The notes under the pieces were generated by a model that worked only from the letters and a program-made list of their open reading frames with translations, did no database searches and was not told the origin of the DNA. From assembly GCA_964016885.1 (NCBI GenBank), contig OZ024751.1:44578001-44642000 (forward strand): a stretch of DNA of 64,000 nt. Reading direction: 5' to 3'. The stretch comes from Eledone cirrhosa (lineage: Eukaryota). The position numbers were made by a program, and so were the translations under genes. This document shows, in pieces, positions 55,089-64,000 of this stretch; position 1 is the stretch's first letter, and every line of letters starts with the position of its first letter.

Positions 55089-55120
<32 letters not shown>

Positions 55121-55160
55121 TGTATATATATGTATATATATATATATATGTATATATATG

Positions 55161-55193
<33 letters not shown>

Positions 55194-55194
55194 G

Positions 55195-55241
<47 letters not shown>

Positions 55242-55286
55242 GTATATATATATATGTATATATATATATATGTATATATATATATG

Positions 55287-55432
<146 letters not shown>

Positions 55433-55483
55433 CATACATATATATTCTCCCGCACCACCATATGCCTACGCTTATGTGTGTGT

Positions 55484-55532
<49 letters not shown>

Positions 55533-56179
55533 CCCACTATCCTGTTCAGTTACGGTTCTGTGTATATTTCCTGTTTATACTACATTATGGCGTCTTAGAT
55601 TTTAAGTGTTCAATGTTATTTGTTCTACATTATAATCATTCTTATACTTCTTTAACTTCATAATTATCTGTGTGTGTGTGTATGTGTGCTAGTCTGTGGT
55701 TGTGTGTGTGTGTATGTCGTTGTATATGTGTGTATATGTACTATTTTTTTTATTCAATTCATTTTGTATCGGAGTATTTCTACTGAAGTAACCCAGACTT
55801 CCTGTTTGACTTGTTTTCGTAAGTTTTCATCTGACTTTGTCTCAGCATAAACTTCGAAAGAAACAGACGACCGTTGCGAAATTTCCTGTCACACGCCGTC
55901 GTCAATCGATGACTTTTATGGTTTCACACAATCCCATGATTCCTGATTGAATGATGTCATAGGACGTAGTGAGGAACATCGAAATATGATGCCAGTCACA
56001 ATATATCGGTTAATTAAAGTATGACACTGTTTATTTGAAACTCTTGCAAGAATGAAGTTAATCAGTGATACTAGTAATGACTGAGTGTCGTAATTCAACT
56101 CAATCTGGAAACAAATTTGATAAAGACAAGCCTTTGAAAAACAATATCTAACTTTATCATTTTCTTTGGATATTAAGGT

Positions 56180-56775
56180 TGGATGATTGACAACATCAGT
56201 AGAACGTCGGACACCGTGTTTTGCAGCATAGAGTTGAGTTACGTTCTTTTAGAGTCTGATTTCATATCCCACCGAAGTTAGCTTTGCCTTTCATCCTTAC
56301 TGGCTTGATAAAATAAAGCACCAGTAATGCACTCGGGTCGATTTAATCGGATTTTTTCTCCTGTAAAAATTGTTGGCCGTGTGCCTAAATCAGAAACCAT
56401 TATTTTCGTTGAAATTTCCAGGGGTTTCTATCTTCTACTATGAGTTCAGTACCAATTATTCCAGAATAGTGTTCGGTTAAAATAATCACGATAATACCAG
56501 CAGATCACTTCTCAGACAGGACAATAAATAACAACATAGTAAAATAGTTACACACTAAAGTGTTAGTCATAGAAGTCTGTAGAGCGTCGGACAAAATGCT
56601 TTACGATATTTAGTTAGGACTTTCTATTTTGCGAGTGAAAATTCCCCCGAGGTCAATTTTACGTTTCATCCTTTCGGGGTCGATAAATTAAGGTACCAGT
56701 CAAATACTGAGTAGATATAGTCGACTTTCTCCTCTCCCTAAATTTCTGTCCTTTTTCTTCTTTCAGAAATCATTA
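56180..56775 (+). mobile_element. two older SINE copies (~56180-56403 and ~56570-56775)
   Basis: Each has tttcatcctt...gataaa...ccagt central domain and degenerate head and tail. Confidence 0.75.
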
Positions 56776-57458
56776 TTTTGCAGTCTTAAATTTATAATTA
56801 TTCAATTAGTTTCCCTATCAGGTTGATGGTATTCAATAGGTTGATTTGAGAAAAGCGTCCAAATTTCACCAAACGGATTTTGTTTTCTAAATAAGCCTTA
56901 ATGGTATCAAACAGACCAATGGATTTCCGGGTGTATCGTGTTTCGGGAAATTCATTTATAATTTCATATAATGCTAATTAAATTCTTCTCTGATTCTACG
57001 TTGAATTGAAATATATGTTTTCAAGGACTGTGCTTCTGTTACAATGTAGGGCGGCCGCCTTGTATTTTTTTAGGATGTTTAACTATTAAGATAAAGGAAA
57101 TTGCCTAAACGGCTAATTTCCATAATAATTTTTTAATCCCAATTTCTTTCCAAGCTGAAGTAACACTGATAAAAATTCTGATCAACTGAAATTAAATTAT
57201 TTCGTGTCAAATGTATGTATGTATATTATTATTGTTATTAATGTATATGTGTGTATGTATATATGTGTTTGTGTATGTGTGTGTGTGTTTATATATATAT
57301 ATATATATATTTCTTTTTTTTTATTTTATTTTATTTTATTTTTTTTTTTTTTTCTCCTCGTGCAATGGCCATACTCGATAACGAGGGGGCAGCCATCATC
57401 ATGTATGTATGTATGTATGTATGTATGTATGTATGTATGTATGTATGTATGTATGTAT

Positions 57459-58060
57459 GGTGCTACTGGTAACATGTATCCCAGTACAACCTGTCTCATG
57501 GTCGGGTCGTTGGCGACTAAACTGGCAACCCCACCAAGGTTTCTTGGTGAGGAGGGTGACTTTGGACATCCTGCAGGACTAAAAACAAAACCTGTCAAAG
57601 GGCAAAGGAGCTCTTAAGAGTCAATGGCCATCCAAAATCACCGGGAGAGATGACCCCTTAGCCTTTGTCAAGGCAGAATTCTAGGAGAAGGAGAACTCTG
57701 ATATAACACCTGCAACCCTGATGGTATCCAATGATGTTGACTTGTTCTTTTTGGTAAATATCATCTTGGTTAAGAGAGTGGGACTGGCTTTGTGCAGTGC
57801 CTTTGCTCACTATAAAAGCTTCACGGCACAGGCATTGCTTTATGTCTGGAGATCTCTCTGCACTTGTCGTCACATGGTACCATGGGCCCAGCACTATGTG
57901 TCAATAATTGTCACAAGTGTAGTGTTTGTACCAGAGTTTTCAAGTCGCTGGCTGGACTAAAAAGTCACACTCGTTCAGCGCATCGGTAGGGGTTCTCCTA
58001 CATGGATATAAAGTAGTGGCCGTACTCGAAAACGAGTTGGCAGCCATCATGTATGTATAT
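57459..58060 (+). mobile_element. long form of the (TATG)n-tailed retroposon with RTE-like 5' region
   Basis: 3' ~315 bp shared with copies 1 and 2. The extra 5' ~275 bp contains ctaggagaaggagaactctga, reminiscent of RTE 5' UTRs. Flanked by (TATG)n, with an extra 3'-end fragment at 57365-57402. Confidence 0.75.
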
Positions 58061-58339
58061 ATGTATGTATGTCTGTACGTATGTATGTATTTATGTATGT
58101 ATGTATGTATGTATGTATGTATGTATGTATGTATGTATGTATATACGTATGTATGTCTGTACGTATGTATGTATTTATGTATGTATGTATTATGTATATA
58201 TTTATGTATGTATGTCTATCTGTATGTATGTATGGTCGCACTTCAGTACTACTAGTAACAATAAAAGGAAATTTCTTAAAGTCTGTCTCGACCCTGGAGG
58301 TTCATCAGGCTGGTTCTTATTCCACGACATTATGATCGT

Positions 58340-58523
58340 TCGGGCGGTGAATTGACAGTATTGGTAGAGGGTCAGACATGCTTTCCAGCATAGTTACGTC
58401 CCTTTACGATCTGAGTTCAAATCCCGCCGAGGTTAACTTTGCCTTTCATCCTTACGGGGTCGATAAAATAAAGTACCAGTAATACACTGGGTAATTGCTG
58501 GACTTGTGCCAAAAGTAGAAACA
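58340..58523 (+). mobile_element. tRNA-derived SINE with TSD
   Basis: TSD ATTATGATCGT at 58329-58339 and 58524-58534. Confidence 0.9.
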
Positions 58524-59863
58524 ATTATGATCGTAAGTTAAACATCCTTACCACTAGGCCACGCACCTCAGTGAATCAATGATCGATATTTCATCCCAGA
58601 AAAAAAATCTTCATTGTATAATCATTATCTTTCAAATGGCATTGATTATACAATGATTAAAGAAAGAAGGGAAGTATCAATGTTGACCACTACCCTATTA
58701 GAAATAACAGCCAAATCTCCCTCAGACAAGATCCCAGCTAGTGAACATTGGCTCATTTTAATGTTAGATACTCACACACACACAATCACTCCAAGTCGGT
58801 GGTCACGTCTGAAATACCTTTCAACATAGGTCTGCTTGATCAGAGTTTAAGGGTTGACTTGTGACTAAACCTCAGCAACAACACACTTTCCGGAAAGATG
58901 GGTTTTTTTCCCTCTAGAATTGCACCCTTCTCGAACCCTTTGTCTAGTTAAAGTTCTCCTTTTTCCAGTCACCGATTTACAACAATACAAACACTACGTT
59001 AACCTAATTATTCTCTGCCAGTTATCCCTACCCCTACTGCGTAGAAGGGCCCCGAAAAAACCTTTTTACTGCAGCCCATCTACCAGCCACCACACCAGAC
59101 ATACAAAAGGAAAAGTGGGTACGTGTCTCGCTGATTTTTATATACGTGTTAAGACATAATCCAATTGTTTGCGTGCGTAAGATCGTCAGTTTGGGGGTGT
59201 TTTTTCGAACTCCCCTTCCCTATTCTTCTTCTCGTTTAGCTTTAGAGAATTATTCGCACGAATCTTAGTCTTTGTTACTATTTCAATTATTCTGCTACTC
59301 TATTGAACTACTGTCCTTTACCGTTAATATATACTTAGTTTGAAAGGGATATTTTTTTCTTATTTTGTACCTTTACAAATTACGGTCATAAACATATACA
59401 ATGATTTGCTGTCGAAATTAAACGCTAGCTGAAATTAACCTAATTTTGTTTTATTGGTTGGAATCAAGAGCAAATTTTACTGAATTAAGCCAGACTTTAC
59501 CTTTTTGTTATCTCTCAATCTCTCTCTCCTCATTTTGTAACATTTCTAAACCGGTGATTAGTCACAGTCAAGTAAAAGTAGCGCACATCAAAGAAAGTAA
59601 AAAATCCTATACGTATACAGAATCAGAAGTTCAAATGTGCAGGTGAATCTACAGCGTCCTCGCTGCCGCCATGAACTTTATGAGAAGATATTTACACATT
59701 TATTTATTACGTAATATTTTCCAAAACGATACATTTAGAAATTTTGATATAAATATGGAGTCTTTAGTTAAAATGGAGTATTTCATTTTCTGATCTATTT
59801 GATCGATTATTTTACCTAAATGCCTGACTTATTACACAAACACGCATATTTATATATATATAC

Positions 59864-59910
<47 letters not shown>

Positions 59911-60151
59911 TACACACTATATATATGTATATATATATATTAGAATAATACACGTTTTACAGCTTCATGCAAAACCACGTATCAAATTTAAAAATCAGGA
60001 ATTCACAGCTCAGTGGTGCAAATATTTTTACTTTATTCTTTTGAACTGTGGGTTCCAGTTCAGCCATTTGCACCTGACTCAGGTGTGAAAATTAGGATGA
60101 ATTACAATATATTAACATTTAAGAATATTTTCAAAACAGCGAGCGAGTTTG

Positions 60152-60399
60152 AAATTAGAAATATAAGCTATCGCCGTATTTTGACTAAAGAAATTACTTA
60201 GCCTGATAGTGGGGTTAAGAACCCTCGGAGAAATGGAAAAAGATGAGTATTGACGTACATGTACGTCAATACTCATCTTTTTCCATATATATATATATAT
60301 GATCTCATCTTGTTCCATTTCTCCGAGGGTTCTTAACCCCACTATCAGGCTAAGTAATTTCTTTAGTCAAAATACGGCGATAGCTTATATTTATAATTT
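60152..60399. mobile_element. hairpin dispersed repeat, copy 2
   Basis: Homologous to 29158-29365; near-perfect arms, with a small duplication plus (TA)n at ~60270-60318. Confidence 0.8.
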
Positions 60400-61185
60400 A
60401 TATTAACATTTGTCAAATATTTACTAACATAATAACTATATAATATTTATAATTGGTTTATATTTTCTATGTTGTTCCTTAGTTACACCTGTTTTAAGTA
60501 TTCCTATTAATCTGGTATATTCAGCTTTAGCTATTTAAGTTTGTTCCTGTTACTCTATCGAGTGATATGCTTGGTTTGAAGTATTAAAACAATGTATGAT
60601 GCACGTCTGTGTGTTTAACCTGTTCAATACTAATGAAAGACATTGCCTAGGGTTTGCAACTAATTTGGGAAATTAAACAAGAATTTCGAGAAAATTAATA
60701 ATGCAGCTAGATTTCTCATTATCAAGCTGATGTTTGGAACATAATTTAACAAATATTTTTACATAAAACTATGATGGAAGGTTTTTCGAATATAACACTT
60801 TAAAAACTATAACTTTATATCATAGAATCAGGGACGATTTTAGATGGTTTGGAATCAAAAACAAAAATGTTAAATCATCATGATTGTCAATAAGCAAACA
60901 TAACCAATGGAATAAAATAGTTAGGGTTTAATAATCGCTTAAGAAAAATTATAAAACAGGTCAGGGTTTTGAATTATCGAAGTTGGAATGTCAGTGTAAT
61001 TACTAGCGGCTGAGAAAGCTGATGCTTCTGCGCAATAACACACAAAACAACATTCGATAAACTCACATACATGGTCTAAACTAACTGAGAAATAGAAACA
61101 CATATACATTACATAAACAACACATATATACACACACAAGTACACACATACACACACGTATTATATCATAATCGGCTACACAGAT

Positions 61186-61230
<45 letters not shown>

Positions 61231-61281
61231 ATGTGTGTGTGTGTGTGTGTGTGTGGTTACGTCCGATTCAACCCAGAATAA

Positions 61282-61343
<62 letters not shown>

Positions 61344-61368
61344 TACATATATATATACATATATGTAT

Positions 61369-61427
<59 letters not shown>

Positions 61428-61457
61428 TACATATATATATATATACATATCTATATC

Positions 61458-61491
<34 letters not shown>

Positions 61492-61545
61492 CATATATAA
61501 TATATATATATACATATATACATATATATATATACATATATATAT

Positions 61546-61620
<75 letters not shown>

Positions 61621-61634
61621 TACATATCTATATC

Positions 61635-61687
<53 letters not shown>

Positions 61688-61755
61688 ATATATATATATA
61701 CATATATACATATATATATACACACATATATATATATACATATATATATATATAC

Positions 61756-61849
<94 letters not shown>

Positions 61850-61926
61850 GTATATATATATATATGTATATATGTATATATATATGTATATATATATATA
61901 TGTATACATATATGTATATACATATA

Positions 61927-62001
<75 letters not shown>

Positions 62002-62061
62002 ATATATATATGTGTGTATACAGACACAAATATATATATACATATATACATACATATATAT

Positions 62062-62114
<53 letters not shown>

Positions 62115-62132
62115 ATATATATATATATATAT

Positions 62133-62211
<79 letters not shown>

Positions 62212-62573
62212 TTGTATATATATATATATATATACAATATATATACATATGAGGGAGACCTATGTAGTCGATTATGATATAATGTTCATAGCGAAAGACG
62301 TCAAAGGTAATTAATGAATTAGGCAGTGTCACGTGACACAGTGAAATGTACCTCCAATAAAGGGGTCGGGTTTGTGGTGTTTCTAAAGTCACATGTTCAT
62401 CATTGTAAACAACAGCTACTGCAATGGGTGCAGTAATTACAACTGCAGCGAATGCAACAATTGAAACGGATGACACAATTGCAGCAAGAGGTGCAGTAAT
62501 TGCAGCGAATGCCACGATTGCAGCAAAAAATATCGCCGCCGTCATCATCTACATTATAATCTCTAGAAGGCTG

Positions 62574-62795
62574 TCATCATCATCAGCGTCATCATCATCA
62601 GCGTCATCATCATCGTCCTCATCGTCCTCATCGTCATCATCGTCATCGTCATCGTCATCGTCCTCATCGTCGTCATCGTCATCATCGTCATCGTCATCGT
62701 CATCGTCATCAACATCAACATCATCGTCATCATCGTCATCGTCATCATCGTCGTCATCGTCATCATCGTCATCGTCATCATCGTCGTCATCGTCA

Positions 62796-62842
<47 letters not shown>

Positions 62843-63086
62843 AACATCAACATCATCATCGTCATCATCATCATCGTCATCGTCATCGTCCTCATCGTCG
62901 TCATCGTCATCATCGTCATCGTCCTCATCGTCGTCATCGTCATCATCATCATCGTCATCATCATCGTCGTCATCGTCATGATCGTCATCATCATCATCGT
63001 CATCGTCATCGTCATCAACATCGTCATCGTCATCGTCCTCATCGTCGTCATCGTCATCGTCATCATCGTCATCATCGTCGTCATCG

Positions 63087-63117
<31 letters not shown>

Positions 63118-63316
63118 TATCATACAGCAAGAGGTGCAGTAATTGCAGCAAAAAATATCACCGCCGTCATCATCATTATTATTATAATCTCTATAAGGCC
63201 ATCATCATCATCAGCATCATGATCATCATGATCATCGTCGTCGCCATCATCATCATCATCGTCATCGTCATCATCGCCATCGTCATCATCGTCATCATTC
63301 ATTATCATCATCATCA
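62574..63316. repeat. (TCA/TCG)n microsatellite arrays with a duplicated spacer
   Basis: Triplet arrays; cagcaagaggtgcagtaattgcagc...ataatctcta repeated at ~62482 and ~63125. Confidence 0.92.
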
Positions 63317-63417
63317 GCCACTGCAACTGCTGCAACCGCCATGTCAAAATGTAGTGCCATGTAATGTAACTGCGTCTGCAGTAAAACGAACAGCAGATAC
63401 GAACAAGGATAGCCAGG

Positions 63418-63995
63418 CAACAACAACTGCAACAACTGCAACAACTGCAACAAAAACAACTGTAGCAACAACAACAGCAACAACTGCAGCAACAACAACA
63501 GCAACAACTGCAGCAACAACAACTGTAGCAACAACAACAGCAACAACTGCAGCAACAATAACTGTAGCAACAACAACAGCAACAACAACTGTAGCAACAA
63601 CAACAGCAACAACTGCAGCAACAACAACTGTAGCAACAACAACAGCAACAACTGCAACAACAACAACAACAACAACTGTAGCAACAACAACAGCAACAAA
63701 AACTGTAGCAACAACAACTGTAGCAACAACAACAGCAACAACTGCAGCAACAACTGTAGCAACAACAACAGCAACAACAACTGTAGCAACAACAACAGCA
63801 ACAACTGCAGCAACAACAACTGTAGCAACAACAACAGCAACAACTGCAGCAACAACAACTGTAGCAACAACAACAGCAACAACTGCAACACCAACAACTG
63901 CAGCAACAACAGCAACAACAGCAACAATTGCAACAACAACAACTGTAGCAACAACAACAACAACAACTGCAGCAACAACAACTGCAGCAACAGCA
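63418..63995. repeat. (CAA/CAG/CTG)n-derived minisatellite
   Basis: Repeated caactg(c/t)agcaacaacaacag units. Confidence 0.92.
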
Positions 63996-64000
63996 GAAAC

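Noticed and set aside
62424-63990. Poly-Ser/Asp/Gln/Leu ORFs as low-complexity proteins
   Set aside because: Trinucleotide microsatellites open in most frames; no domain or splice evidence.

Overview
AT-rich, microsatellite-saturated eukaryotic non-coding DNA. The SINE content suggests an octopus or other cephalopod (inference). No host protein-coding gene is supportable, and almost all ORFs in the track are (TA)n/(CA)n/(TATG)n artefacts. Real coding remnants are all from non-LTR retrotransposons: a near full-length, frameshifted L1/Tx1-clade element (~18041-23739, minus), a 5'-truncated R4/Dong-like RT+RLE element with an (AAT)n tail (~7870-10090), a HERO-like RLE 3' end and two RTE 3' ends. 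There are many copies of a tRNA-derived SINE, hAT and piggyBac-type MITEs, a (TATG)n-tailed dispersed repeat and several minisatellites. The most interesting signal is a set of type I hammerhead ribozyme motifs in small non-coding elements sitting in (TA)n tracts. One ~200-bp family forms a palindrome with one hammerhead on each strand, and its stem I and arm sequences co-vary between copies. Also notable are a TSD-flanked retrocopy of a SINE-flank-SINE readthrough unit lying ~1 kb from its apparent source, repeated SINE insertion at one 15-bp site, a SINE-derived 96-bp satellite with higher-order structure, and several fold-back duplications centred on (TA)n.
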